Shown: positions 40,349 to 55,221 of the stretch, piece after piece
How positions within the stretch are numbered: position 1 is the first letter of the stretch
Layout of the letters: each line of letters opens with the position of its first letter
Source of the DNA: Octopus sinensis
Taxonomy: Eukaryota
NCBI RefSeq assembly: GCF_006345805.1
Contig: NC_043011.1
Span: 35,910,464-35,974,463, forward strand
DNA length: 64,000 bases
Reading direction: 5' to 3'
Position numbers and translations under genes: made by a program
Notes under the pieces: generated by a model
Seen by the model: the letters and a program-made list of their open reading frames with translations, nothing else
Told to the model about the DNA's origin: nothing
Databases searched by the model: none

Positions 40349-41799
40349 TCGCAACGGCGCAAATAAATCAGAAGAATTTTGCTAAAACGTCTCCAAGTCT
40401 GGTTAGTTTGTTTTCGAACTAAATCATTTCTTGATGTCTAATTGTAAAACGCTGTAATTATTTCTTTTTATGGTATTTTGCTGCTTTGGTGTATTTTGTC
40501 TTCTTTGTTGTTTTTATGACATTTTTCTGATATCTGATATTGTTTTTATTTATTTACCATGATTTTTCTTTAAGTCTGATCGCTTTTTTTTTCCTTCTGT
40601 CTTTTTCTATTTTTTATTTTTGTTTTCGTTTTGCTTTTTTGATATTGGTTCTTCGATGCAAAGAAATAACCTAAGATTTCTTCATTTTGACTTGTTATAA
40701 ATGTTTTTTGCTGTTTTATAACATACGGGCAATTAAGTTACAACTTATTTATTCATTGAATAGGATTAGAATACTGTTATGTAGATTGTACCAACGCTGC
40801 TGGACAATTTTATAGCAATTACGCCTGAATGCTAAATTATTTCTCAGCTACACTAATATTAACTATAATACTATTCGTTAGTACTGTCATTTATTTCAGC
40901 TATTCTGGGATTTAATCTGAGATTTATTTCAAAATAGCGAAGCGGTATTTTCTGACTGCGACACAAATCAGATTCTTTGCTGTGTTTGAATTTCAAGTTG
41001 AAAACTACTTCATTGGCATCACTGGGGAAAATAAATGAACGGTTTTATATTTCCCTTACCAATATATTCGAAGATACATATTTATGTTAGGAATTACAGA
41101 TTTCATCTACTTTTCATTCAAGTGAATGTATTGAAAATTCTGTCCTTATAGGAAGACAGAAACTCAAGTGTGTCGAAAATCTAATTGACTGAACTTCAGT
41201 ACACAATCAATATAGATTCTATATTTGACCTCTCTCTTTCATTCGGACATGCTTTTTCGCAAGAATAATTTATATACATTGCTTCCCTCGAGTAAACAGC
41301 TATATCGCTTTCATTCTTTTGTATCTTATACAAGACTGTACGAGAGCCAGACCGGTCGTTATGCGAGAAGAATCCACAGCAAAAGTATGGATATCATTTT
41401 CTTTGAGATCCATAGCTGATATCAGCAAATAAAAAGTTAGTAGAGGGTAGTTGTAAAACATGTGATACAACGAAGATGGAGAAAATGGAGTTACGTGAGA
41501 TAAATCTGTCAATTATGAGAGTTTAGTTGTTTCCTTCCTTCCTGAAGGATCGATAAGTGTCAGTTACACAATGGAGTTAAAACCATCGATAATAACAATT
41601 TACTGTTTCTAAAGGAATACGTGCTCATGTGCAGAATAAATGGATAAGAAATATGAAAGACTTTTGGCGCAATGGTTTAGCTTGTGGTTTACATTAATAC
41701 CGACTCCATATATTCTGATAGACAACCAGCTGAAGAAGACACTGAATCGACAAACTATGGCAGAGAGCTTTTCTTCCGTAGCTTCTGATTATATTATAT

Positions 41800-41855
<56 letters not shown>

Positions 41856-41975
41856 ATGTATATATATACATACACTCACAATCATATATATGTACATACA
41901 CACACATGCATATAAATATATACATACACATACACACATACATATACATATATACATATGTATGTACATATATAC

Positions 41976-42045
<70 letters not shown>

Positions 42046-42146
42046 CGGTGCGAATATACGCGCGCGTGTGTGTAAATGCGTGTATGTAAGCGTACACACC
42101 ATTTACTTTTAGAAAGACAAATTATGAACAGTATATCTTTCTTCTT

Positions 42147-42248
<102 letters not shown>

Positions 42249-42374
42249 GTATCTGCCTGTCGATCCGTCTATTTGTCTAACTATTTATCTTTCTATCTGA
42301 CATAAAATTTACTTTTAGAGGAAAAAAAAACAAATAAGAATACTGAACACTATATATATATATATTATATATAT

Positions 42375-42867
<493 letters not shown>

Positions 42868-43511
42868 TATATATATATATATATATATATAAACGGATGT
42901 GGTGGGTGTGAAGGGATTGTCTAAATTGTGAAAATTTATATTCAACTTCATATTTAATGGTGATTGACAATTTTTACTTGATAAAATTGCATCAAAAAGA
43001 ATTTATAGCCTCCAATTCATTTCAATAAAATTTTGGAGGTAGTTGTGTTGCTGGCCATGGCGAACGTAGTGTCGGCATATCTGTATGCTTTGCTTTTATT
43101 CTATACTATGTTATTTTATTTTTATTTTCCTGTAGTCTGTATTTATAATCAACAGACGCACCGAGTCTTAATTGCTAACCGTTTTATTTTTCAGCTCTCC
43201 TCAGCATCATACACTTAACACATACTCAAAGTATATAACGCAGATCCTCACACATAAATGCTACGTAAGTGTGAAGATACTTGCTGGAGGTAATGGTAGC
43301 GGTGGTGGTTTAGATTGAAGTGCCGTCAAAATACGCTAATGAGTAAATGACAAGAAGTAAATAGTTTGATTCGTAATTAGGGTACCTACTTTACGTCTTC
43401 CAAAGTGGAACATACGCATTCATATTTGCATACATACACATATTAACTCACACGTTTGTAGATACATATATATGTGCACGTATGTGTATATCTGTGTATA
43501 TAGACGCATAT

Positions 43512-43570
<59 letters not shown>

Positions 43571-43794
43571 CTGTGTGTGTGTGATATACATTACACACAT
43601 CGCACATACAAATTTATAGATTTTCGAAAACCAACTTCAACATATGATTTAGTTTTTTTTATTTATTAAACTTTCTTTAAAATATCGTAGCTCATTAATG
43701 AGCGTATGTTTGTGTGTATATGCATACATGCATGCGTGTGCGTATGTATGTTTCTCTATGTATGTATGCATGTATGTATGTATGTGCGTATATC

Positions 43795-43835
<41 letters not shown>

Positions 43836-43982
43836 TTACGACGAAATAGTTCCTTTTGTCTATAGGTTGGATTTGTGTGAAAATCGGAACAGTTATGTAT
43901 GACTCGTTTTTAGTTTTACTCAAATATTTCTCTCAGTATATATCGTATTGTTTATGCAAATCATCTCAAACATAATTATATA

Positions 43983-44141
43983 GCAGGAGTGGCTGTGTGG
44001 TAAGAAACTTGCTTCCCAGCCACATAGTTCCGGGTTCGATCTCATTGTATGACACCTTGGACAAGTGTCTTCAACTATAGCCTCGGGCCGAACAAAACCT
44101 TGTGAGTTATTTGGTAGATGGAAACTGAAAGATGCTCGTCG

Positions 44142-44226
<85 letters not shown>

Positions 44227-44475
44227 TGTCTGTGCGCGTTTGCGTGTGTGTGTGTCTGTGTTTGTCCCTCACCGCCGCTTGACAACCGGTTTTGGTGTGT
44301 TTATGTTCCCCGTAAATTAGCGTTTCGGCAAGAGACCGATGGAATAATTACCAGGCTTTGAAAAATGTTTAAAATTTTGTGGTTAATGCATTCGATTAAA
44401 ATTCTTCAAGGCGGTGCTCCAGCATGGCCGCAATCAAATGACTGAAGGAGGTAAAAGGAAAGAATAAAAGAATAC
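43983..44475 (+). mobile_element. SINE family B with expanded internal (GT)n
   Basis: Head at 43983, (GT)n about 44155-44260, tail to about 44475. Confidence 0.88.
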
Positions 44476-44552
44476 AAGCTGAAGTCGTAGAAACCATGCA
44501 ATATTTTATATGGGTCACAAAGCAGTCAGTCCCTTCATTATAAGCGATCATT

Positions 44553-44940
44553 AAGGCGACGAGCTGGCAGAAACGTTAGCACGCCGGGCGAAATGCTTAG
44601 CGGTATTTCGTCTGTCTTTACGTTCTGAGTTCAAATTCGACCGAGGTCGACTGTGCCTTTCATTCTTTCGGGGTCGATAAATTAAGTACGAGTTACACAC
44701 TGGGGTCGATGTAATCGACTTATTCTATTTGTTTGTTTTTGTTTAGCCCCTTGTGGGTAGTAAAGAAATAGGTATTTCATCTACCGGTACGTTCGGAGCT
44801 CAAATTCCGCCGAGGTCGACTTTGCCTTTCATCCTTTTGGGGTCGATGAATTAAGTACCAGATGTGTACTGGGGTCGATCTAATCGACAGGCACCCTCCC
44901 CAAAATATCTGGCCTTGCGCCTAGAGTAGAAAAGTTTATT
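44553..44940 (+). mobile_element. SINE family A dimer with 10-bp TSD
   Basis: AGCGATCATT at 44543-44552 and 44941-44950 brackets both units. Confidence 0.88.
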
Positions 44941-45082
44941 AGCGATCATTTTCTCTTGGTATATAAAACGTTTGTGAGAATGTATATAACAATTTCTTTC
45001 GAAACTGTGCGTTTTGAGCTATACACACAGCAAAAGACTACCCAGCAATATTTCACAGCAGATGGTTACAATTTTTGCTTAA

Positions 45083-45210
<128 letters not shown>

Positions 45211-46718
45211 AAAGGAAATGAAGAAAATGCTGACAAAATAATTTAAGTAATTTAAGTAATTTAATTAGGTGAAAGTTCTCTTTACCGGTTGCGCATTTGT
45301 TATGTTTATCAAAAGATTAGAGTTCCTTACTGATAGAATTTTTCCTCTTATATATATATATATATATATATATATTAGTTTGTGTGGTAGTCATTCACAT
45401 ATTCTCAAAGTCTTACTCTTCCTATCATCTAGGATCTGGTAAGACCAGCATCAAACAACTTTCCTACTGCATGTTCATCCCTTTTTATTTTGGATTTTCG
45501 TGTTATATCTCTTGTCTGTCCCGACAAGAATTCATCGTTAAAACTATCGGTTTTATTCTTCATAACAGGTATTATTTAAAATAATGAAAAATTTATATCG
45601 CCACACTACATTAAGTATGTCAGCTCTTACTTAACTGTATCTTCTCCCTACAGGAAACACCCTAGTGAACTTTTAATTTTGATGAAATACCTTCCTATTC
45701 AGACCAGTCTCAATTTTCATGTATTCTGTTGCTTTTCTTAAGTATTATACTGATATGAACGACGAAAAAATATCGTACGGCACAGCATGTAATAACCAAA
45801 GAATAGAGTATTATTTAGTACATTTTTTTCACTTGTTTCCACTGAAATTTTTAACACAGCATCACACTCTTCATTTTAGATAGAGTGCATCTAAATATAT
45901 TTTTACTATTTTAAATTACATCAATCAGAGCAGTTTCATACAAAACAATTCACGAGAATGTATAATGATTTGGTTTCTTTCCGACGAAAGAAAATCACAT
46001 GGAACTATCTTTATCTCCAGTATTTATCTCTACTCTACACAAAGTAACTCGTAACAATAACGATATATTCCTTATTGATGTAAGAAAACTGTCAGGTACA
46101 CCATTACGGTTTAACTATTTGCTTTCATTACCAAGTTGATTTAGCTTCAAATAGAAGCTTAGAGTTGTGATAAGAGTTAGTAAATTATTCAGAGTGAGCG
46201 AATCCGATCTTGTAATAGAATCGTTGATAATCATCAGATACCAATCGCAATCAATTACCAATTAACTTGAGAAATTTACTGAAAAAAAAAACAAAAACAA
46301 AACAAAACAATAAATCTGAAACATAACAGAGGAACGGCGTTTGCTTTCCAATTTTCAATGACACTAATGTGGAAAAAACCCCAACAAAACAAAACAGTCC
46401 TTATGTTGGGAGAAAAAAAGGGATCTTTGTTGACGGGTAATGGAATATAATAGATTCCATATAACGCCGGTGTAATCTTATCACGTGTTTGGGCAAAAAT
46501 TAGAATCAGTCATAAGGTGCACATAAACCAAAAAAACAGAACTAACATTTTGATGACATACTTATTCGTTGCTTACATCAGACGCATGCGCGCACGTGTT
46601 TGAATTTATAAGAAGAGGAAAAACTATTAATTACATGCAATAAAATTTAATGATTTAATCGAATCTAAGGGATTCCATCGTCGCTATTCCAATGTTTTCG
46701 CTCCTATTTTATACATCG

Positions 46719-46779
<61 letters not shown>

Positions 46780-46902
46780 GGATAAGATCGTTAATTCAAA
46801 ATAAAATAACGATTTTATCAAGTGGCCAGTATGGAAAAAATGACCTTCAAAGGTAATAATTATTAAAATTATAATCTAAAACCACCTTAATTGTCTGTGT
46901 GT

Positions 46903-46961
46903 ATTCTACTGACGAGGCAAAGCATTCCTAAATGCAAATTCAGAAACCCGGGATCTAGAAT
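46903..46961 (+). ncRNA. Type-I hammerhead motif inside 21-bp inverted repeats
   Basis: ATTCTA-CTGACGA-...GCATT/AATGC...-GAAA-CCCGGG-ATC-TAGAAT; flanking perfect IR at 46875-46895 and 47022-47042. Confidence 0.55.
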
Positions 46962-47107
46962 TATCCAGTAATTTTTACTAGCTTCAACTTGTCTCTGTTT
47001 TCCCTCCGTGTTTGCGATATGGACAATTAAGGTGGTTTTAGAGTCAGATCATGGTTGCTAGTTTCAGCATGGTGGTATCTCGCAGACACCCTAATTTATA
47101 ATATATA

Positions 47108-47140
<33 letters not shown>

Positions 47141-47146
<6 letters not shown>

Positions 47147-47201
47147 GCATAATTAGAAAATGGGACAACCAGTTGTCCCATTTTTCTAATTATGCAAATT
47201 A
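47141..47201. repeat. Near-perfect palindrome abutting (TA)n
   Basis: TAATTTGCATAATTAGAAAATGGGACAAC-CA-GTTGTCCCATTTTTCTAATTATGCAAATTA (one indel). Confidence 0.93.
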
Positions 47202-49074
47202 TTAATAGCAAAAAAAAAACGTCGTAACCCATTATCATATGTGTAAGAATTTTGAAAACTCTCGTCAGTTGATCAAAATAGGCTGAAGTAGATTAGATCC
47301 AACAAAAGCAAAACATGTGCTCAACAGGCCTCTTGCTTACAAACAACGACCATGTAAATTTTATGAAAGTAATTCTCAATTTCTTGAAATTCTCTCCCTT
47401 TCATTTGGAGTCAGTAATATTGAAATTAACGACCGTCGAAAACTCGTATGACTCGGTAGTGTGTGCTCTGCTTTCTCTAACTGTTTGGTATCTGTGTGCA
47501 GTTGTGAGCGGACCACAACCTACCTGAAACTCTACATTGCCTTTTGACCTAACATAATATCTAAATAATAATAATAGGTGGAGGAAGATAGGGCTGCACC
47601 AGTACTTGGCTGGTATACATTTTCAGCAGAGCAGACGGCAGCAATGTGAAGTAAAGAGTCTTGCTCAAAGAGGCAATGTGTTCTTCAGTCCAGGAACCGA
47701 ACCCAAGAACTTGCAATCGTGATGTCAACATTTAAAGTAAATTAGGCCGTGTACTTTTACGGCGGTAACAAATACTGCTGTGTTTCTCCGATAAAAGAGG
47801 AATTTGAATGAGCAAGAAGCATTTTGCATGCATCGTTTAATACATTAACCGTTAATTTATTTATCTAAGTTCAGTGCCATTGACCCGCTTGAGTTATTTC
47901 CCTTTGAGCATTTTAATTTTAGCTATAAAATAAATTATGCGACTTGATACCATAAATACAACACGAGAGTGCGTGTGTGCACGCCCCTATTAATACAATT
48001 GCTGTAGTTTTTACAACAGAAAATCACAGAAATATTCACTACTCTGTTGCATTACTTTCCATCTCATTTAGTTAATAGTCGCAAAATGCACAATTTTAAT
48101 CAAGCCTGCTGAAAGCCGTTCGCCTTTCTTTGAAGAATACACTTCTAAATAATTGTTGTTCCCGAGTTTAATACATTTAAAATGTAGTACTCTCTATAAT
48201 TAACTCTTACTCTGATTAAAATCAAATAGGAAAAACGAACGGATTTGCAGGAGCTCTTTCACTTAAAGATTAAACACAGCACTTTGATTTACTTTCTTAA
48301 AGTGGCATCGGAAACAATTCAAACGTTTCTTAATCGGTAACTGATAATTGCAAGAATTTGAAAGCGTTTGTCTTGGAATTCATATTATTAAGAGGAAAAT
48401 CCTCTATTAGAGAAGCTAACAAAAGATTGAGAGCGGGGAAAGAAAATGAAAAATATAAACAATTCTACGTAAAAAGATAAGATTTTCCTTTCGAAAGTTG
48501 TTACCACTCTGAACAATAATAGATGGAAACGTGCAAATGGAAATAATTTATAGTATAAGGGATATAAGGGTGCTTGGTTTTACTATCAGTTTAAATTTCT
48601 GAATACAACTTGAATCACTAAAAGTATAATCTATCTGTCTATCTATCTATCTATCTACACCAAGAAAAATTGTGGGAGTACATAATCAATTCTTAACTTA
48701 ATCTGACACAGCGTTATAGTAACGATAGGATTTACTCAATGAGAATAGACTTAGCTATCGATATCTCCAGTAAATTAATGTATTCTTTACAAAGCATTGT
48801 TTATTTCTAGATCAACCCTGCTAAAACCGAACCATGAACAAACATTTTATCTATGACTATCCAGCCTTTGTAGACGTTTATAGGAATTCATAGCTTCCAC
48901 TTTTATTTTTAAGACGAAAATACGTGATTTGGATGTAATTGATATTTATTAGCAGTTGAAAAAACAGCGTAAGCGGGTTACTTTTGTTGCTATCGTTGTT
49001 GATCTTCAGGATCATATTCACCCAAATTGAGCTACTCATGAACATCTCGTCTGTTGAGTTGTTATTTGTTCCTT

Positions 49075-49352
49075 CTCGAGCCAAGCCTGGCTCAATAGGG
49101 CCGGTTTCCCGGTTTCATTGGCGTATAGGTTCCCCATCTGGACGGGAAGCCGGTCCGTCGCTAGATGTAGGAGGAAAGAGTGAGAGGAAGTTGTGGCGAA
49201 AGAGTCATCAGAAGTTCGCTATTACCTTCTGCTGGAGCCGTGTGGAGCTTAGGTGTTTCGCTCATAAACGCACACATCGCCCAGTCTGAGATTCGAACCA
49301 GCGATCCCTCGACCATAAGTGCGCTGCTCTAACCACCAGGCCATGTGCCTCC
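49075..49352 (-). mobile_element. SINE family D-related copy
   Basis: Revcomp head GGAGGCACATGGCCTGGTGGTTAGAGCAGCGCAC..GGTTCGAATCTC. Confidence 0.75.
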
Positions 49353-49554
49353 ATAAAGGTTATATAGGACAACATTATCTAAGGTTTCCGCTGATACGGG
49401 TAAGCTTAGTTATTTACGTTAAATATTCGGATTTGGACGGTCAAAGTTGCAATGTTGCTTTGGGGTCGTGTTTACCACGGCTACGGCAGCTGAGTCTCTT
49501 AAGCGACGTTACAACTTCGTTGGTTGCGGAATTCGAACACTGTTTGCTGTAAAC

Positions 49555-49979
49555 CATTGTTTTCCAACCTATTTTCCCTCAGGCTCAACTATAACTTTCC
49601 AGAAAAATATATGCTCCACCAGTGGTTGGAAAAAAATCAACAAAAATATTTTATCACAATTATTTGAATCTACTGGTAATTCTTTTATTAAGTAGTGAGT
49701 ATTGACATCTAATAATTACATACTTTCCTTAAAGAAATATCCGCACTAAGGCATTAGAATAATACTATACTGTAACAAACAGTCTTGATACAGTATGTTT
49801 GGCTGGAGCGATTGGCTTGGCTAGGCTGAATATAGATGTATTATGTTTGCTGTGATAAAAAAGATTTCCACAATTCCATATCCCACTAAAAAAAAGAAAG
49901 AAATTTTGGATCCTTAGCCCCACCACAATTTTCCCAGGCGCCACCGACGGGGCGTATACCCCACATTGGGTAATCACTG
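49555..49979. mobile_element. hAT (Charlie/Buster-type) MITE with 8-bp TSD
   Basis: TSD CTGTAAAC at 49547-49554 and 49980-49987; ends CATTGTTTTCCAAC / revcomp CAGTGATTACCCAA. Confidence 0.75.
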
Positions 49980-50871
49980 CTGTAAACTTTATAGCCATAC
50001 TAACCACTACACCTAAGCGGCAGAACAAATTTGACCATGAAAATAAAAGAATATTCAGCTTAATTTTTCACAATTACACCTGTCAGTGGCTTATCAATGG
50101 AGATTGAAATGCAGATAAAACCTGCGTGAAGGTTGAAATTGAAATAGATATAACTGAAAGACGAAACCACTTTATGTCTGAACATGCCGACATATTGCCT
50201 ATTCTTGTTAGGTTACATCTCATATCAAACTACTTTGCATTTTAATACTCTGAAGCATTAACTAATAAATTCGTATTTTCATTTTTCACCACGCATACTT
50301 ATTTGTGACGTGGTATTATTATCAGCCTATTCCTTTGGTCTGGAAGGCAACAACCGGAATCGTCTAATTGTGGATGCAAAATGCAGATATTGCAATTTTT
50401 GATAAAGTAAAATTAAATTATTTTGACACAATTTTAATAATCTAAAATTTATTATAGAATTTTACGAAGCTAAATGCAATAATTTTAATTGGATGAATTA
50501 TACAACCCATATCAATATCGATTAAATAATATAAATGAATAACTGCATAATTGTTATGATTGGAATTTCACAGAGAGTTAGCAAAATTTGCCGTAAGGAC
50601 CAAACTAGCACCGAAGTTTATCTGTTCTGCGAGAACTCCTTCAGATTTGATACAAGTATTAATTACATTAAATATAATTCCAACATGTTATTTAGGCAAT
50701 TTTACTTTCATATAATAATTCAACAAATGTGCTGTGGATATCGTTCGTAACTTAGATCGTGCGATGATATCCAACTGTATATTGTCTCAGACAATATGAT
50801 AATATGATTATAAGTGTATTTGCACCATTTCAGATCATTCATGTTGATTACACACATCCATGATATCGGTT

Positions 50872-51462
50872 TCAAATTATGGCACAGGGCCAGCAGTTTC
50901 GGGGGATGGGGTAAGTCGATTTCATTGGCCTCAGTGCTTCGCTGGTACTTATTTTATCGACCCTGAAAAGATGAAAGGCAAAGTCAACTCCGACGGCATT
51001 TGACCTCAGAATGTGAAGTCGCAAGAAAATGCTACTATGTAGTTTTCCGGTCATAGCAGCGATTCTGTCAGCTCGCCGTCCGATACACATCTATAATATT
51101 GATTACTAATTCTGGTACAAGTCCAGCAATTTCAGAGCGGGGGGGGGGGTAAATCGATTGCACCGATCCCTGTACTCAACTGGTACTTGTTTTATCAAGC
51201 TCAAAATGATGAAAGTCAGAGTCAACAGCGGCAGAATTTGAACTCAGAACGTGAAGTAGGACGAAATGTCACTAAGCATTTTGTCTGGCTACACACATCT
51301 GCACACGGGACTAAACATAGAGGGGACAAACAAGGACAGACAAAGGGATTAAGTCGATTACAGCGCGTGACTGGTACTTATTTAATCGATCCCGAAAGAT
51401 TGAAAGGCAAAGTCGACCTCGGTGGAATTTGAACTCAGAACGTAATGGCAGACGAAATACCA
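50872..51462 (-). mobile_element. Array of three family A SINE units
   Basis: Repeated ATGAAAGG/TCAAAGTC(G/A)AC..GGAATTTGAACTCAGAACGT units at about 50960, 51210 and 51400. Confidence 0.85.
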
Positions 51463-51972
51463 CATATATATAATATTACAAGAACTGCAAGGTCAGAAAA
51501 TACTTCAGCAATGATTTAACTGATGATCTTCAGCTCAGCTCAGATGCAACCTAAACTGTAAAACAAAATGTTCACATCTCTGTAATTGAAATACATTTTT
51601 GCTCCTATGGCTGCACCACGCATCGTACTACTTCTTGAGTAGCTCTTACTGTACGGCTGATAGGTGTACATGAATCCCCGTCATTCTGCAAGCAATGCTG
51701 TTGCATGCTCTTTCTGGTTTTTCTTTTATCTCTGGCTTTCTCTGCTTCACTGAATTCTGCTCCTTTGATCAACCAAACAAGCTGCGAAACATTTCTACCT
51801 AATACAGTATCTGTAGCCATTATTCATCATGTCTCTCATGTCTTAATACCATACCTTGCTGTACCTCCCCATAAATTTTATTAATCACTTTTTCCCCAGT
51901 GTTACAAACATCCAAAATCCCAAGCTTGCCCATAGTGAGATTGCTTATAAATACGATAGTTTTCTTTTTCTA

Positions 51973-53258
51973 TCGGGTCATCTCATAAGTTCTGTCCGAA
52001 TTTTGAATAAAGAAAACAAGTGAATAAATGTTATATTTAATTGAAATTTAATCATCAATGTACTTTCCTTGATTATCTATGACTTCCTTCCATCTATTTA
52101 CAAGCTTTTTATCCCATCATTGTAAAACACTTGATTTCAAAGCGAAGAACTCTGAAATGTCAGCTTTGACCTCCTGCTGGCTTGCGAAAGTTATGTCCCT
52201 CAAATGATACTGTAAACTACGAAACAAATGGTAGTCTGAAGGAGCAAGGTCGGGAGAATAAGGTGGATGAGGAATTTTTTTCCTAACCAAACTCTTCGAT
52301 CTTCTGTGATGTGATCTTTGCAGTGTGGGGTCGCGCATTGTCCTGGTAAAATATCACTCCTTTTCTATTCACTAAAGCGGGTCTTTTTTCTTCAAAGCTT
52401 AGTTCAAACGCTCTAATTGCTGACAGTAGACTTGAGCATCGATTGTTGCATTAGCTGGTAACAATTCAAAGTGAATTACTCCTTTGCAATCCCACCAGAT
52501 AGAGAGAAGAACCTTTTCCCCATGAAGTTCCTTTCTCGGTTGTGGTTGAGCTTTTCCCCTTTTACCAAGCTACTGTTTACGACGTTTAACATTTCGATAG
52601 AAGATCCATTTTTCGTCACCAGCCACAAGTCTATCGAAAAACGGTGAAAGGAGTTCGCGTCAATGGAGAGAAGAGCAGATGTCAACTCAGGATTTGCCGT
52701 TGGTTTCAGACAATTCACGAAGCACCCATTTTACAAGTTTAGGAACCTTTCCAAGTTGTTGAAGATGAACGATAAACAGTTGTATGGTTTGAACTACGCT
52801 TTATTGCCAATTCTTCAATTGATAATGCAGGTTTTTCTTCAAGTAATGCCCCAACGAGCTTATCATCAAACTCAACTGAACGTCCTGTTCGATCTTCAGC
52901 TTCAAGGCTGAAATCTCCACTTCTGAATTTTGCAAACCATCTTCTGCAAGTTTTTAAATTCAAGCATTCTTTCCCATAAACTGAGTGTATGTTTCGAGTC
53001 GCTTCGGCTGCAGAGTTTCCTTTTTTGTACTCATAAAGCATTTTATGCCTCAAATGCTCTTTGGATACTTCCATGTTAGAAAAGGCTTTAATCAAAGAAA
53101 TTTTAATTCTATTATTCTGTAAAATAATATTTAATTAGTTTAAATGTACACAAATGCATAAGAATAATTTTGAATCCCATTAGACATTCTAAAATACTAT
53201 TAAATTTCATTCAATTTTAAAAAAGGTAAAATCGGACAGAACTTATGGGATAACCTGA
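51973..53258 (-). mobile_element. Full-length decayed DD34D mariner (1286 bp)
   Basis: TA-flanked ~30-bp TIRs TCGGGTCATCTCATAAGTTCTGTCCGA / revcomp TCAGGTTATCCCATAAGTTCTGTCCGA; transposase 53074 to about 52048 with [23 protein letters not shown] (34 spacing); several stops and frameshifts. Confidence 0.95.
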
Positions 53259-53872
53259 TACTTGGCACTTAATGTCCATGTGTCTGAAAAGAGTATAGTT
53301 TATTCAAATTTCAAAAATGATGAACAAAAGTTGTAGAGGAAGAATAGAGCCCCACCAACACTACTGCCCCTCCCCTATAAAACAGTCCGATAAAAATAGT
53401 TTCGGTGTCGAGTCAAATAACATTGAGATGTGTTAAAAGTAAATGGAAAAAAAGAAAAGAAAAATGAACGTATTCATCTGACGGCACCAAATATTTTCGG
53501 TGTAAGAATGTTCAAACTGAACTTCTGCAATAACCTAACTAGCCTCAAGAGCTCTACAAATTACATGGAATTTGGTCTTTTCATTTTTCTGCGGTCTAAT
53601 AATAAAAGAAGTATCTTAGTTTACGTGAGAGCTCATGAAAATGTCATTGCCAAATTCACGTCACTGAGTGCAAGGAAACAAGAAATATCTGACAACCTAG
53701 GGCCAAGAGGATACATTTCGGCAAACTAGAACTTCCAACTGGATTAGTCTCTGATACCTTAAAATATGACTTACAAGACCACTCCAAGTTTAGCCATTAA
53801 GTTAGAAATGGTTAGGACCAAACTTAGATAAGTTTTACATATATATGCATATGTATATATGTATATATTGTT

Positions 53873-54070
53873 TATTGAGCGAAAACATCTAAAGCTCCAC
53901 GAGGTTCCGGCAGGGGGTGGTGGTGACCCCTGTTTTACTCTTTCGCCCCAACTTTCTCTCACTCTTTCTTCCTGTTTCTTGACTAACGCTTCGATGGACT
54001 GGCGTCCTGTCCAGCTGGGAGGAACACATACGCCACAGAAACTAGCCCCATGAGCCTGGCTAGGCTTGAA
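53873..54070 (+). mobile_element. SINE family D body
   Basis: TTTATTGAGCGAAAACATCTAAAGCTCCACGAGG. Confidence 0.75.
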
Positions 54071-54095
54071 ATAAAAATAAATATATGTATATATA

Positions 54096-54516
54096 GGCGC
54101 AGGAGTGGCTGTGTGGTAAGTAGCTTGCTTACCAACCACATGGTTCCGGGTTCAGTCCCACTGCGTGGCACCTTGGTCAGGTGTCTTCTACTATAGCCTC
54201 GGGCCAACCAAAGCCTTGTGAGTGGATTTGGTAGACGAAAACTGAAAGAATCCCGTCGTATATGTATATATATATATATATATATGTGTGTGCATGTGTG
54301 TTTGTGCGTCTGTATTTGTCCCCCAGCATTGCTTGACAACCGATGCTAGTGTGTTTATGTCTCCGTCACTTAGCGGTTCGGCAAAATTGACCGATAGAAT
54401 AAGTACTGGGCTTACAAAGAATAAGTCCCGGGGTCGAGTTGCTCGATTAAAGGCGGTGCTCCAGCATGGCCGCAGTCAAATGACTGAAACAAGTAAAATA
54501 GTAAAAGAGAAAAGAG
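54096..54516 (+). mobile_element. SINE family B, full length
   Basis: Complete head-core-microsatellite-tail layout. Confidence 0.92.
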
Positions 54517-55221
54517 TATATGTGTGTTAATTTCTAAATAGATTGCCGACGACACAGACTTGCAAATCTAATCTCTGATTCCACATTTCAACTCTGGGTT
54601 TACACTGCAACCATCCCAAATACTCACCCTTTCTTTCGTCTATCCCTTTCTCGTTAGCCATACCATGCCTTCCCACAGGCCGTAACCCAATCACTACGTA
54701 TAATAGTTACTTTCCAAAACATCGTTGTGAAAAATCCCTCCTGTACATATTTGTTTTGCAGCTGTTGACTTGTAACTGTTAAGGCTGAATGTTAAACACA
54801 TCAATCGCAGCGTTTCAGGAGCTTGTAAATGCCAAGACCACAGATGTTATTCCCTTTATTTATCGTAGTCTCAAATGCGACTCGAAACAACACCACTTTT
54901 ACTGATGCTTTGTCGTAATTACTGCCAGGCCACACAGGCCTTCAAATGTTTTTTTGCAGATTCCGTGAGAATCTCTCTCTACCAGATACAAATAGTAACG
55001 AAATAGCAGTGAAATAACATTTAAATCAATCAAATTCTGCGGTTTTAAAAACAAAAAAAAAGCACACCTGACACCTGACGCCGGAAGATCTTTGATTATA
55101 GATCTGCAATAGGAGCTAACTTGGGGCTAAAAATCACCAAGGGGTTCATCTGGCATAAAAATATCCATATGGTCTACCTTGTAAGATCTTGGAGTTCCTT
55201 ATATTGGTTTCAAAGTTTGGC

